Source: Candidatus Uhrbacteria bacterium (GTDB lineage: Bacteria; Patescibacteriota; Patescibacteriia; UBA9934; GWF2-40-263). Taken from it: DNA of 64,000 bases. Positions 51,131 through 61,360 of this stretch are shown one piece after another. Below the pieces are notes generated by a model. The model did no database searches. It was not told where the DNA came from and saw only the letters and a program-made list of their open reading frames with translations. Location: the NCBI GenBank assembly GCA_016844925.1, contig JAERTI010000036.1, positions 79,863 through 143,862 on the forward strand. The letters run 5' to 3'. The first letter of the stretch is position 1. The number at the start of each line of letters is the position of its first letter. A program made the position numbers and the translations under genes.

Positions 51131-51859
51131 ATGTCTACTCTGTTTGGTCTGGGTCACGTGGCCCAGCTTCATGAAATTCAGAGGGCTCGCCTCAAGTGTG
51201 ATCAGCCCGGCATTGGTGTGGAGGTGGAAGAGCTCATCGCCCGTCTTACCTCCGGCGGTGTCGCCGGCAAGAGCAATGACCCTCGCGAGATCCAGGCCAA
51301 GCGGTTGTGGGACCTGGGTGTCGGCAGGGAGCTGGGGTTCGAGAATTTCGCCGCCTGGCTCGAGAGCCTTCCGCCAGTTCCCGAGTACCCTGATGATAGG
51401 CAGCTCAGCATCTTGGTGCTCGTGCCAGATCAGAGCAAGATCAGGATCGTGAAGTCCTGCCAGCTTCTGGGGATCAACTTCTCGGGCACGGACAACACCT
51501 TCGTGGACGCACGGCCTGACAAGGCTCTCTCGGGCACCTACTGGATGTGGTGCCAGGATGGTAGTGAGTACCGTGGTAAGAAGCCCGAGGTCTGTCGCGA
51601 CGATCTCTTTCCCAAGGAGAACCAGATCGCCATGACTGCGTACGAAGGTCTGTGGCTCTATGCCGTGGACCGCAGTGTCCTCAGTCGTCACTACATCGAC
51701 CTCCCTGGGTCGGTGCTCGATGTTCCCGGCCGAGATCCACGTCCTGGCCACGTCGCGTACTTGGAGCTCTGGGGCGGTGGGCCGAAGCTGCACTGGGACT
51801 GGGCTGGCCGTGCCTATGGTGGCTTCGGCTCCGCCTCTCGTGGGAGTGAATCCACTTAG
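51131..51859 (+). CDS. GC-rich protein with C-type-lectin/DUF5701-like C-terminus
   Basis: EG.....V...VL....IDLPGS...V..L......PKL.W.W.......FGSASRG; GGAGGA SD; TTGACT-17-TAGTTT promoter at 50968. Confidence 0.7.
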   Translation: MSTLFGLGHVAQLHEIQRARLKCDQPGIGVEVEELIARLTSGGVAGKSNDPREIQAKRLWDLGVGRELGFENFAAWLESLPPVPEYPDDRQLSILVLVPDQSKIRIVKSCQLLGINFSGTDNTFVDARPDKALSGTYWMWCQDGSEYRGKKPEVCRDDLFPKENQIAMTAYEGLWLYAVDRSVLSRHYIDLPGSVLDVPGRDPRPGHVAYLELWGGGPKLHWDWAGRAYGGFGSASRGSEST

Positions 51860-52001
51860 CCCTCGGTCCTTAGCTCTTTTCTGAAGCTCAACCCTTTACG
51901 TGCACCAGGTCTGGAGATCCTGGTGCTTTTTGATTTCAGTCGCTACTATAAATAAAAACACCGCTAACTTGCGGTGTTTACCATGTTCAATACTGAAAGG
52001 A

Positions 52002-52925
52002 CTATCCCTTACCCGTGCTGCCAAACATCCGCATCTTTTGTCGCACAACCTTCGTCATCAACTCTTTGGCTGGCCCCAGGATCTTGCGTGGATCAAACAC
52101 TTCTGGTTGCTCGTGGAGGAACTTGCGGACACCGGCATCAAAGGCGATGCGGAGGTCTGAATCGATGTTTACTTTGTTGATGCCGAGTTTCACAGCACGT
52201 CGAATATGCGCATCGGAGACCCCCTTAGCCTTCTCGATCTTACAACCGTACTTAATACACTGGTTTTTAATCGTTGATGGGATGCCTGAGGCGCCGTGCA
52301 GCACAAGAGGTACCTTTACGAGATCCTTGATGGTCGTGAGTCGCTTGAAGTCCAGCTGACTGTCGCCACCAAACTTGTACGCTCCATGGCTTGTCCCGAT
52401 TGCCACAGCCAACGCGTCACAACCAGTACGCTGCACGAATTCAAGAGCCTGCTCTGGGTCGGTGAGGTGTGCGTCTTTTTCTTCAACGGAGACAAAGTCC
52501 TCGATGCCCGCGATCGCTCCCAGCTCAGCTTCGACAGAGATGCCTCGGCGGTGCGCCATGGTGACAAGTCTTTTTGTTAACTTGATGTTCTCTTTGTAGG
52601 GGAGCGATGAGCCGTCAAACATGACGGATGTGTAAAAGCCGCTCTTAATAGCACGAACAACGAGGTCGTAGTTTTTTCCGTGATCAAGGTGAAAGACAAC
52701 CGGACGTTTGGATCGCTTTGCGGCCAGATGCACGAGCGTTCCTAGCTCTTCCATGCCGGCGTACTTGAGCGCTCCTTCACTGGTGGAGATAACGACCGGT
52801 GCGCGCTCCGCCTCTGCCGCATCCATGACCGCCTGGAGGATTTCTAAGTTATTGATGTTAAACGCTCCGACAGCATAATTTTGTCGGTGGGCCTTTTTTA
52901 AAACGTTCGTCAGGGTCGTGAGCAT
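52002..52925 (-). CDS. fba: Class II fructose-1,6-bisphosphate aldolase
   Basis: YAVGAFN.NN.E, HLDHG, SVM.DGS, VEAELG, AIGTSHGAYK, LVLHGAS. Confidence 0.96.
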   Translation of the reverse strand: MLTTLTNVLKKAHRQNYAVGAFNINNLEILQAVMDAAEAERAPVVISTSEGALKYAGMEELGTLVHLAAKRSKRPVVFHLDHGKNYDLVVRAIKSGFYTSVMFDGSSLPYKENIKLTKRLVTMAHRRGISVEAELGAIAGIEDFVSVEEKDAHLTDPEQALEFVQRTGCDALAVAIGTSHGAYKFGGDSQLDFKRLTTIKDLVKVPLVLHGASGIPSTIKNQCIKYGCKIEKAKGVSDAHIRRAVKLGINKVNIDSDLRIAFDAGVRKFLHEQPEVFDPRKILGPAKELMTKVVRQKMRMFGSTGKG

Positions 52926-52926
52926 A

Positions 52927-53892
52927 TTAGTCTAAGCATTCGGGACAAAATTTAGGATGCTTCCTCAGCCGAGCTTTGATTTGTGTATGGCGTAGGAGTC
53001 CTGGTGTGGGTCCCACATGCTGCACAACCTCCGCAGCGTTTACCGATCCCCATCGGAGCCCTTCCTGCAAAGCGAGGCCGTACATGCGTGCCCCTAGATA
53101 TCCTGCAGCAAAACTGTCGCCTGCTCCGGTTGCTTCGATCCGTTCACCTGGGAAGATCGGGCAGAAGTAGAGGTTCGTTCCATCATAGCCATACGACCCT
53201 TTACGTCCATCCGTAATGACGACTTCCTTTGGTCCAAGCTTGAACAGGCGTTGCGCCAATGTTTTGATACCTACGCGAGATGACCCCACAATTCGTTGCC
53301 CCTCCTGCACATTGACGAACAGCACACTTGTTTCTTTGATGAGGCGGAACAGTGCAGGTTTACGCTCCATGATTTGTTGGTTTCCTGGATTGAAGCCGAG
53401 AAGCGTTCGTTCTTTACGAATGTGGGTGACGACTTCATCGTAGAGTCGCTCGTAATCATTTCCCATTTCCGAGATATAGAGCCACTTTGTCTTCAGTCCT
53501 TTGGGGAGGTGATAGAGCCTATCGATGTAAGAAACAAGAATGGTCTTTTCTCCACGAAGGCTCAGGACGGTGGAGTAAGCGCTACTCATGCCTTTGTGTG
53601 TATTGATATAACGCGTAGCCACTTGCTCCTTGTGTAAAAAATCCAGGGCGAGGGTGTGGGTGAGGTCGGCTCCCATGTGTGAGATGACCGCGGTTTTTTT
53701 CTTCATGCGAGCAAGGGCCGTCGCCACGTTGGGGGCTGAGCCGGCAACTTGCTGATCCAGAAGCTTCACCGTGATCTTCTCTCCGAAATCAAATTGAATC
53801 TCTCCCTTCTCAAGGTCGCACTTTTCCGAGCACGCATCCAGAGAAATGAACACGTCGAGTTTGATATCACCAATGGAGACAAGGTCGTACAT
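52927..53892 (-). CDS. PfkB family carbohydrate kinase
   Basis: AGSA.NVA, FNPG..Q, TGAGDSFA.GY. Confidence 0.92.
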   Translation of the reverse strand: MYDLVSIGDIKLDVFISLDACSEKCDLEKGEIQFDFGEKITVKLLDQQVAGSAPNVATALARMKKKTAVISHMGADLTHTLALDFLHKEQVATRYINTHKGMSSAYSTVLSLRGEKTILVSYIDRLYHLPKGLKTKWLYISEMGNDYERLYDEVVTHIRKERTLLGFNPGNQQIMERKPALFRLIKETSVLFVNVQEGQRIVGSSRVGIKTLAQRLFKLGPKEVVITDGRKGSYGYDGTNLYFCPIFPGERIEATGAGDSFAAGYLGARMYGLALQEGLRWGSVNAAEVVQHVGPTPGLLRHTQIKARLRKHPKFCPECLD

Positions 53893-53911
53893 ATGAACCT
53901 AGTATAGCAAA

Positions 53912-53933
53912 AAACAGCCCCGAAGGGCTGTTT
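53912..53933 (-). terminator. Intrinsic terminator
   Basis: AAACAGCCC-CGAA-GGGCTGTTT. Confidence 0.75.
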
Positions 53934-53936
53934 GTA

Positions 53937-54989
53937 TTACTGACTTTCTGCCGTGACGATAGTCCACTTATATCCTGTTTCTGATGTTTCCTCTGCGTTC
54001 ATGGCAGCCACGTACAGTCGCAGGGTGCCATCATTGAATGCGACAATCTTTGGATCGTTCAGAGAAAAGGTTTCCATGAGATGGACATCTTCGTACGAAA
54101 GTAGTTGCCCGTAGTACTCAAACGTTTCGCCGTAGTTGTCGCTTGTGTACCCATGAATAATCCCTTGTTTCCCAAGTGGGGGTTTAGGGGCCTCTGATTG
54201 GTTCATGATGATGAGGAAGATTGTTCCGTCGTTCATCACAATGGCATTTGGATCAGCGTAGATGGCGTGCTCAAGTGTGCCGGCCAAGATGTCTTCTTCC
54301 ATGAGGGTGAACGCAAGGCCTTCTGATTCTGGCTCTGCGTAGGCCCTGTCTACGACAATGTCGCCTGCTTCGTCTGTCTTGTTAAAAAGCATCACGACGC
54401 CACCCTGGTCGTCCATAAAGTAAGTATAGACGCCAAATTCTCTTGCATCCGAGGCGTCCTCTGCATGAGCCTCAAAGACGATCACTCCATCATCTACATA
54501 TGTCTCACCATCTATCGATGATGAACTCATAACACCTCCGCTCCCTGGCTGAAATGTGTAGCGACGCCAGAGATCCTCGCGGATCTGGACCCCGGGCGGT
54601 CTTGGGGGTTCTGTACTCTCGTTTTCTATCTCTTCAAACGTCACCCCATCCTCAGAGTAGATAAGTTTCACCTTGTCCTGCGGGGCAAATTTCAATTGCG
54701 TCGATCGTGACTCATACGCGAGGGTGAGAGACTCTCCATCGGTGTCAATGACCATAGGGTTTGAACCCCAGTCCACCACAATCTCATCATGAACCTTGAA
54801 CAGTGATTCTCCATCAACTTCCTGTGCCGTTTCTTCAGAGCTACCCGGCTCTACCTCCGGTGCCGGGGGTATTTTTGTCTCAATGGCAGCAGGTTCGTCT
54901 GCCTGTGAGTTTGCATACCAGGTACCAAGGCCAATGCCGATGATTCCTGCAAGGATGAGAGCGGGGATGCCCCAGAGGAGATATTTCAT
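53937..54989 (-). CDS. Membrane-anchored Asp-box (BNR) repeat, beta-propeller-like protein
   Basis: YSEDGVTF, SSIDGETY, TSDNYGETF; ADP/NDP.IV blades. Confidence 0.7.
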   Translation of the reverse strand: MKYLLWGIPALILAGIIGIGLGTWYANSQADEPAAIETKIPPAPEVEPGSSEETAQEVDGESLFKVHDEIVVDWGSNPMVIDTDGESLTLAYESRSTQLKFAPQDKVKLIYSEDGVTFEEIENESTEPPRPPGVQIREDLWRRYTFQPGSGGVMSSSSIDGETYVDDGVIVFEAHAEDASDAREFGVYTYFMDDQGGVVMLFNKTDEAGDIVVDRAYAEPESEGLAFTLMEEDILAGTLEHAIYADPNAIVMNDGTIFLIIMNQSEAPKPPLGKQGIIHGYTSDNYGETFEYYGQLLSYEDVHLMETFSLNDPKIVAFNDGTLRLYVAAMNAEETSETGYKWTIVTAESQ

Positions 54990-55041
54990 ATAATGTGAGT
55001 ATAACAAAAAAGAGGCGAGCGTGATGCTGCCTCTGTCGAGC

Positions 55042-55923
55042 TCAGGCCGCGCGGATCTCTCGGATCATTGCGAGGATGTTCTCGACCGTGTGGTTGGTTC
55101 TTCCCTTGACGTTGCTTACGCCCCAGCACCTGCCAGCGCCGAAGGTGAACGTGCTGCCGTGGACGTGAGCCATGAGCGCTTCGCTCAGGGTGGGATCCAC
55201 GTTCTGAACGAAGATCTCCGCACCGTTCATGTCCGAGACGATCAGCGGGTGCTCATCCAGGTCGTGGGCGATGCTGAGGATGCCCACGGCGCCGCGGACC
55301 GCCTGCGTCTGTGCACGTGAGCGCACGACGATGAAGCCGTCTTCGACCAGCCGTCCTCCCCAGGCGATCTGTGCCTGGGTCTGTTCGGCATCGAAGTGCT
55401 CGTAGTTCTCACGAGCGAGCTGGTTCCGGAAGGCAACCACGGTTGCCCGTTCCTCTGCGCTGTAGCCTTCCTCACGGAGTCCACGCGCATAGCGGTCGTC
55501 CATGATGCCGATGCCTCGCACCAGGTGAGGGTCCAGGTCCCAGTCCTCCAGGATCTCGTCGGAGAGTCCGGCCAGGGCCAGGAACTGCTCCAGCGATGAG
55601 CGGAGGCGGGTGCCGTCCTCACCCTTGGTGCGGTCCAGGCTCATCTCACCACCGTAGCGGTGGTGGTCGATGACCGTCACGGTCATCCCAGCTTCACTCA
55701 GAGCCGTTTCCGTGAACGGCCCCGGCATCTCCACGATCCAGACTTCGCGCTTGCCCGTGGCGAGCACACGCTCGATCACGTCGGGCTCCGCGTCCAGCCG
55801 AGCTCCCACCGGTTGCTCGGAGACGAGCATGGCCATGCCCGCCCGCTCGGCGAGCTTGCAGATCAGGGTGCTCTCCGGGTCGTTGCGCACCGTCAGCAGG
55901 AGTACGTCTCTCAAATCGTTCAT
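55042..55923 (-). CDS. GC-rich DHH-family phosphoesterase (NrN-like)
   Basis: ND.E, WIVEM, IDHH, SSLEQ, MDDRY..G; AAGGAAGG SD; TTGACA-17-TAGGTT promoter at 55976. Confidence 0.65.
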   Translation of the reverse strand: MNDLRDVLLLTVRNDPESTLICKLAERAGMAMLVSEQPVGARLDAEPDVIERVLATGKREVWIVEMPGPFTETALSEAGMTVTVIDHHRYGGEMSLDRTKGEDGTRLRSSLEQFLALAGLSDEILEDWDLDPHLVRGIGIMDDRYARGLREEGYSAEERATVVAFRNQLARENYEHFDAEQTQAQIAWGGRLVEDGFIVVRSRAQTQAVRGAVGILSIAHDLDEHPLIVSDMNGAEIFVQNVDPTLSEALMAHVHGSTFTFGAGRCWGVSNVKGRTNHTVENILAMIREIRAA

Positions 55924-56025
55924 GTCCCTTCCTTGGTTGGACAGCTAAACCTAGCAAAAAACCACCCGTCTGTCAACGGATGGTTTCTTAACTCCACCTC
56001 CTTCCTAAGGAGGCTGGGCGGTATT

Positions 56026-58230
56026 CTAGAGCGTCCCTTCTGGTGATTCAAAGAGGTTCTCTAGAGCCTCTGCTCGATCTGAGTCCACTTCACGTAGGAG
56101 CTCGAGTGCCTGCGCAGCAGGTTCTTCCAGGCTTGTGTTGCGGAAGAGAACCGCCGCTGTTTCAAAGACGAAGGCTCGTTGGTTACGGCGCACGAATTCA
56201 AAGGCGTAGTTGGCTGGAGCATTCGGGATATCGGGGTGTGTTTCAGAGATGTGAGCTAAGGCTTCTAGTACGACGGTATCACTAAAGATGACGTAGCCGT
56301 GATCGAGGGCATAGGAGAGAGCTTCTGTGCCCGCGTCATAATCCCCCAATCCATAGTGGACCGCCGCTGTGTTGAATTGGTGTTGGGCCCTGTCGTAGTC
56401 GCTTGTCAGGTAGGGCTCAACGATGGGAAGGAGACTCTCGGCAAGTTTGTAATCACCATGGTGTAGAGCGACGGCTAGGCGAGCGCGATGGCTCGCTGCC
56501 AGGTGTGGAGCAAGTTCTAGTGCGTGATCTGAGGCCGCATACGACTCCTCGGGAATAATTTCTTTGAATGCCGCATCCGCCCCCGCGAGGTAGATGCTTG
56601 AAACAATGAGCTTGTAATCCAGTGGGCGTTGTACGGCGAAGGTGGCCAGGTCACGCGCGTACTCATCGGTGAATGTTTGGACTTCGGATTCGTCTAGGCG
56701 GTAGTTATACAGACTAGTGATGATACCTGTGGAGAGGAATACGAGCTCGTCTTTCGTATAAGGCGAGTCGAGACTCTTTGCCTCGGTGTAGATTTCATGG
56801 AGTCCAGCGTAATCAGGTTTGGTGATTTCTTCCATGGCACTGACCAGCATGACGTCTTGTTTCATTGGGAGATACTGGTAGGTGTAGATGCTGAATGCAA
56901 CAGCAAGAGCTGTTAAGCCTACGATGGAGCCTCTAATCATCGGGTCCTTCACAAAAGGTGTTGCGTGGTCCTTTGGTTTCTTTTCCACGGTGAGAATGGT
57001 AATGCCAGCCAAGAGGAACGTCAGCATGACCGACTGGTACATGGAGTGAAACATGAAGAGGTCTTGCAGGACTTGTGCCACCAAAGCCCCTAGCAAGGCT
57101 GCGTAAAACAAGGTGGTTTTCTTTTTCTTTGTGATGATGTGTAGCAAGTTCTTCGAGGAGATCGCAAGAACCACGAACCAGGCAAAGAGGGTTATGATCC
57201 CAGCGCCAACAGCTAGGTCGAGATAATAGTTGTGAGCATCCTCATACCATCCTTGCAGCAGTCCTGTGTGAATGGATGGGTCATAGAGACTTCGCAATGG
57301 AATGGAGAAGTTATTTAGCCCCCAGCCCGTAAGGGGTTTTTGGGAAATGGCTTGTTCGGCAATGTGCCAGAGATCAAAACGATCCTGAGCAGAGAGGCTC
57401 GAGAGATGGGAGATAGAAGGCACTGAGCCAAGAATGAATACCGAGGCCACGACAGCTAACACAACACCAGCCATGCCAGCAATGATTTTTTTCCTGACTT
57501 TTTTCTGTCGTGTTGCCACAATGGCGAGGCAGACGAGGGTCCCAATCACCGCTGCTCCAAGCGAGCTCCTCGAGCCTGCCGCTAGGAGCGAGAGCGTGTT
57601 GAGTGTCAGGCCCAGAATAACCAAGATGCGGATGGGAAGCTTCTTTGCACTGAGGAGAGCCATGGCAAAGAAGACGTGCATGAGGGCGTAAGGGGATAGA
57701 TGCAGAGAGTTACCAAAGAGCCCATCTGCACGCTGAAAACCTGTGGTCACCCATTCGGTCAGTGTGAATCCCGCGACGATGATCGAGATGCCAATAGAAA
57801 TAAGGAGTAACTTGATCCAATCGAATCGTGTCTTAAACGTGGAACTTAAGACACAGAACAAGGCCCAGTAATGTAGGTGTTGCCAGAGACCGTTCATGCT
57901 ATCCATGGTGGACCAGAATGAACGGGGGAGGTCTTGGCTAAAGAGTTGTGAGAGTGTGAGGAGGCCAAAGAAAAAATGGACAGCCATGACCAGCGGTGTT
58001 CGTAGGTGGGGGCGATAGGATCGGTCCAGCGTGAACAAAAACACCCAGACCACGAACATGATCTGGATGAGGGTTTGCATGGCAAGGGCTTTGGCAAACA
58101 GGAATGGAAAAAACGTCGTCAGGCCTGGGGTACTTGTCACAATCAAAGGGACGGCGAGAACACCTGCTGTTAAAACAGTGATAATCAAGACGAGCCATTC
58201 CTTCAAGGTGAGAGATTGCAGCTTTTTCAT
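56026..58230 (-). CDS. O-antigen ligase-like membrane protein with helical (TPR-like) C-terminus
   Basis: R..G.FGN, SRSS, P.TGWG..NF, D.AHN.YLD. Confidence 0.85.
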   Translation of the reverse strand: MKKLQSLTLKEWLVLIITVLTAGVLAVPLIVTSTPGLTTFFPFLFAKALAMQTLIQIMFVVWVFLFTLDRSYRPHLRTPLVMAVHFFFGLLTLSQLFSQDLPRSFWSTMDSMNGLWQHLHYWALFCVLSSTFKTRFDWIKLLLISIGISIIVAGFTLTEWVTTGFQRADGLFGNSLHLSPYALMHVFFAMALLSAKKLPIRILVILGLTLNTLSLLAAGSRSSLGAAVIGTLVCLAIVATRQKKVRKKIIAGMAGVVLAVVASVFILGSVPSISHLSSLSAQDRFDLWHIAEQAISQKPLTGWGLNNFSIPLRSLYDPSIHTGLLQGWYEDAHNYYLDLAVGAGIITLFAWFVVLAISSKNLLHIITKKKKTTLFYAALLGALVAQVLQDLFMFHSMYQSVMLTFLLAGITILTVEKKPKDHATPFVKDPMIRGSIVGLTALAVAFSIYTYQYLPMKQDVMLVSAMEEITKPDYAGLHEIYTEAKSLDSPYTKDELVFLSTGIITSLYNYRLDESEVQTFTDEYARDLATFAVQRPLDYKLIVSSIYLAGADAAFKEIIPEESYAASDHALELAPHLAASHRARLAVALHHGDYKLAESLLPIVEPYLTSDYDRAQHQFNTAAVHYGLGDYDAGTEALSYALDHGYVIFSDTVVLEALAHISETHPDIPNAPANYAFEFVRRNQRAFVFETAAVLFRNTSLEEPAAQALELLREVDSDRAEALENLFESPEGTL

Positions 58231-58236
58231 GTGGTT

Positions 58237-59406
58237 CTAGTTACGGGAGGCAAGTGAGTTGTTTGGTTTCTTTCCTCCCCATTTTTTCGGTGCACGTGCA
58301 AGGGCTTCTTGCATGACATCCTCATGGACGGCAGCCAATCGCTCTTGTGCAACCGTAATGTGTGCCGGCATTTTCGGAACGCGCTTTCCTAGTTTGCGTT
58401 GAAGGACGCGGTCTGCTGCCAGGGCAATGAATGACGCTGTCACACCAAGACCTTCTTGTACCTGTCGAGGTTCACCCGATTCACCAAAGCGATCCTGGGC
58501 TCCAATGCGTTCTACCGGAACGGGAGTGGTCAGAGCAAGTGTCTCACAGACGGCACCCGCGAGACCTCCGGCCACCTGTGCTTCTTCAATCGTTACGATG
58601 GCACCTGTTTCCTTTGCCGCTTTTATAATCGTGCGTTCATCGAGGGGTTTGATGGTGTGGCAGTTAATGACACGACATTCAATACCGTGGTCAGCGCTCA
58701 ACATCTGTGCAGCCAGCAGCGCCTCGTAGACAAGTGGGCCGGTGGCGATAAGAGTGAGGTCGTTTCCGTGACGGAAGGTTTCAGCACGACCGACTTTAAA
58801 TGGTGTGTTCTTGGTGGTGAATGCTGGAGATGCTGCGCGTGCAAAGCGGAAGTAGTACGGACCTTTTCGACGAGCCCCCTCAACAGTAGCCTTCTTCGTC
58901 TCGAGATAATCGCAGGGGGCAACGACGGTCATATTCGGCACGGCACGCATGATGGCGATATCTTCGAGCATTTGATGGGTGGCACCGTCGGGACCTACGG
59001 AGAGCCCCGCATGAGCGCCAGCAATTTTTACATTCGTGTTTTGTAGGGCAATAGTCGTTTTAATCTGTTCCCAGTTGCGACCAGGGGAGAAGGCGGCGTA
59101 GCTGGAGATAAACGGCACCTTTCCTGCTAGCGCTAGTCCTGCGCCAATGGACGCGAGAGCTTGTTCGGCAATGCCCATTTGAATAAATCGCTCTGGAAAT
59201 GCTTCTTTGAATGCGAGAGAGCGTGTGGATTCCGTGAGGTCGCAGCAGAGTACGACGACATTTTTATTCTTTTCACCAGCTTCAACAACACCCTCCCCAT
59301 AGCCATTACGCGTAGGAATTTGCTTGAGCTTCTCTGGGTTAAAGAGGTGGCGCACGAGCCGTGCCTCTTTGTTAATACCAGGTTTTGGTTGTTTTGTTTT
59401 TGCCAT
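58237..59406 (-). CDS. tkt: Transketolase, C-terminal subunit
   Basis: FP.RF..MGIAEQ, GPDGATHQ.LED, IKPLD, EE....GGL. Confidence 0.93.
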   Translation of the reverse strand: MAKTKQPKPGINKEARLVRHLFNPEKLKQIPTRNGYGEGVVEAGEKNKNVVVLCCDLTESTRSLAFKEAFPERFIQMGIAEQALASIGAGLALAGKVPFISSYAAFSPGRNWEQIKTTIALQNTNVKIAGAHAGLSVGPDGATHQMLEDIAIMRAVPNMTVVAPCDYLETKKATVEGARRKGPYYFRFARAASPAFTTKNTPFKVGRAETFRHGNDLTLIATGPLVYEALLAAQMLSADHGIECRVINCHTIKPLDERTIIKAAKETGAIVTIEEAQVAGGLAGAVCETLALTTPVPVERIGAQDRFGESGEPRQVQEGLGVTASFIALAADRVLQRKLGKRVPKMPAHITVAQERLAAVHEDVMQEALARAPKKWGGKKPNNSLASRN

Positions 59407-59407
59407 A

Positions 59408-60340
59408 TTACTTTCGTGAACGTCGCCACTTCATTCCTCCCCAGACAATCAACGCGACGGGGATACCGACGCCGCCACCAAAGATGACGAGCCAGATAAT
59501 GGCGTTAACGAGCCACTGACCGAATGCCACGAGGGTTGCGGCCGCAAGCTTAACGGTGGTGCCAGGACGGAATTCTTTTCCAGCGATTTCCACGACAGGC
59601 TCTTCTTCAAGAACGACAGTGATGGTCGAGAGGGAGGTCTGTGAGTCTAGGTAATTGATTTGTCCCTGGTAGCGCTCGATGAGTTCACGGGTGTAGGTGA
59701 GTTCACGCTCCACGTTCAGAATATCTTCCACGGTCTCTGCTTGTTCTAAGATATCCAGGTAGCGCACTTCCTGTGCTTTGGCGTTGTTGAGCCGCGCAAG
59801 GATGTCGACGTAATCTTCCGTCACATCGTCGGCACTTACTTGTTCTCGCTCTACCACAAGGGCGTATCCTTTAATGCCCTCCAAGGCTGAAGAAAAGTTC
59901 TCTACAGGAATACGCAGAGTGATGGAGGCATAACGTGTTCCGTCCGTCCGCTCATAGACCTCAGTGCGTTCAACGTACCCCTCGTTGGTGCTTGCGACGT
60001 TTTGAACTTGCTCGGCCGCCACATCCACGTCATCGACAACAAGTTCAAGTGTGCCAGTTTTGATAATTTTTGGATCGACAACGGTGCCATCACCCATGGT
60101 CACTGAAGAGCTTGTTCGAGAGACAAGCTCGCCACCGTAATCACCAGCTTCTTCAAACGCGATCATGGACTCAGCAACGGCAAAGTCCGAAAGGGCGGTG
60201 ACAGGCGCTGAGTAGTAGGAGTCTGTGGTGTAGCCAAGATTGTAAACAGCATTGCGGCCAACGATCAGAATAAGTACGACGATGGCAAGGGTGCCTATGC
60301 CGGCTAAGGCCCAGAGAGCGTATCGTTTCAAGTTGTCCAT
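59408..60340 (-). CDS. DUF4349 domain protein
   Basis: KIIKTG.L.L.V, .TLR.P, DVT..Y.D..ARL.N, E.EL...R..IE. Confidence 0.85.
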   Translation of the reverse strand: MDNLKRYALWALAGIGTLAIVVLILIVGRNAVYNLGYTTDSYYSAPVTALSDFAVAESMIAFEEAGDYGGELVSRTSSSVTMGDGTVVDPKIIKTGTLELVVDDVDVAAEQVQNVASTNEGYVERTEVYERTDGTRYASITLRIPVENFSSALEGIKGYALVVEREQVSADDVTEDYVDILARLNNAKAQEVRYLDILEQAETVEDILNVERELTYTRELIERYQGQINYLDSQTSLSTITVVLEEEPVVEIAGKEFRPGTTVKLAAATLVAFGQWLVNAIIWLVIFGGGVGIPVALIVWGGMKWRRSRK

Positions 60341-60341
60341 A

Positions 60342-61241
60342 TTATTCGTGTTCGCTGGTTATCTTTCCACCAAGTGTGCGTAATCCACTCAGGGCATCTC
60401 GCGCTTCGTTTCCTGGTTTTGGCGGCTTTCCATGCCAAGTGAAGTCGTACTCCATGTAATCTACGCCGTAGCCAGGAATGGTGTCAGCGAGGATTACACT
60501 GCATTTTTCGCTCACGCCATGAGCTCGCTCTACGGCCGTGACGAAATCTCGAATGGAGTTTCCGGCACAGCGGATTACATTGAGTCCAAACGCTTCGAGT
60601 TTTTCTTGAAGGGGCTCAAGGGGCATCACCTGCTCTGTTGGTCCATCGATTTGAATATTGTTTCGATCAACAATGAACGTCAGGTTGTACAGCTTGTTGG
60701 TTCCAGCAAATTGGAATGCCTCCCAGACGATTCCTTCATTAAGTTCTCCGTCTCCAGTCATGCAGTACACACGCCAAGGGGAGCGGTCCATGAGTCCGGC
60801 ATAGGCCATCCCAACAGCCTGAGGGATTCCTTCTCCCAGTGGACCAGAGGTTGTTTCCAGTGATTCCATCCATTCAAGTTCAGGATGTCCCTGCAGTGGC
60901 GAGCCAATCTTACGCAGGGTCATGAGGAGCTTCTTTGGGAAGTATCCAGCATGGGCCATGGCCACGTAGCGAGCTGGTGTGACGTGTCCGTTTGAGAGAA
61001 TGAATCGATCACGATCTTTCCAGAGAGGCTTTTTTGGATCATGCACCATCACGTGAAAGTAGAGGGCGGTGAACACATCCGCGAGACCCAGGGGGCCGGC
61101 GCTGTGGCCAGAGCCTGCTTCAACAAGCATGTCGATGAGATCCTCGCGAATCTCAGCTGCTTTTTTCTCGAGTGTTTTGAGTTTTCGGTCATGTAAGTGC
61201 AGGGGTTTTCGCACTTTCGGACCTAAGGTGAGGTTTGCCAT
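60342..61241 (-). CDS. tkt: Transketolase, N-terminal subunit
   Basis: SGH..G.L, DRFILSNGH, LQGHP, GDGE..EG..WEA, D.N..QIDG. Confidence 0.94.
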   Translation of the reverse strand: MANLTLGPKVRKPLHLHDRKLKTLEKKAAEIREDLIDMLVEAGSGHSAGPLGLADVFTALYFHVMVHDPKKPLWKDRDRFILSNGHVTPARYVAMAHAGYFPKKLLMTLRKIGSPLQGHPELEWMESLETTSGPLGEGIPQAVGMAYAGLMDRSPWRVYCMTGDGELNEGIVWEAFQFAGTNKLYNLTFIVDRNNIQIDGPTEQVMPLEPLQEKLEAFGLNVIRCAGNSIRDFVTAVERAHGVSEKCSVILADTIPGYGVDYMEYDFTWHGKPPKPGNEARDALSGLRTLGGKITSEHE

Positions 61242-61312
61242 AGTGGGAACAGTTTATCATGGTGAGGCCAACTTGTTTTGTTTTATCTGTGCTTAACTTG
61301 GCGGCGTGGCGG

Positions 61313-61350
61313 GAAATAAAAACAGACCCGTAAGGGCCTGTTTTTATTTC
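61313..61350 (-). terminator. Intrinsic terminator
   Basis: GAAATAAAAACAGACCC-GTAA-GGGCCTGTTTTTATTTC. Confidence 0.8.
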
Positions 61351-61360
61351 TATGTACTCG

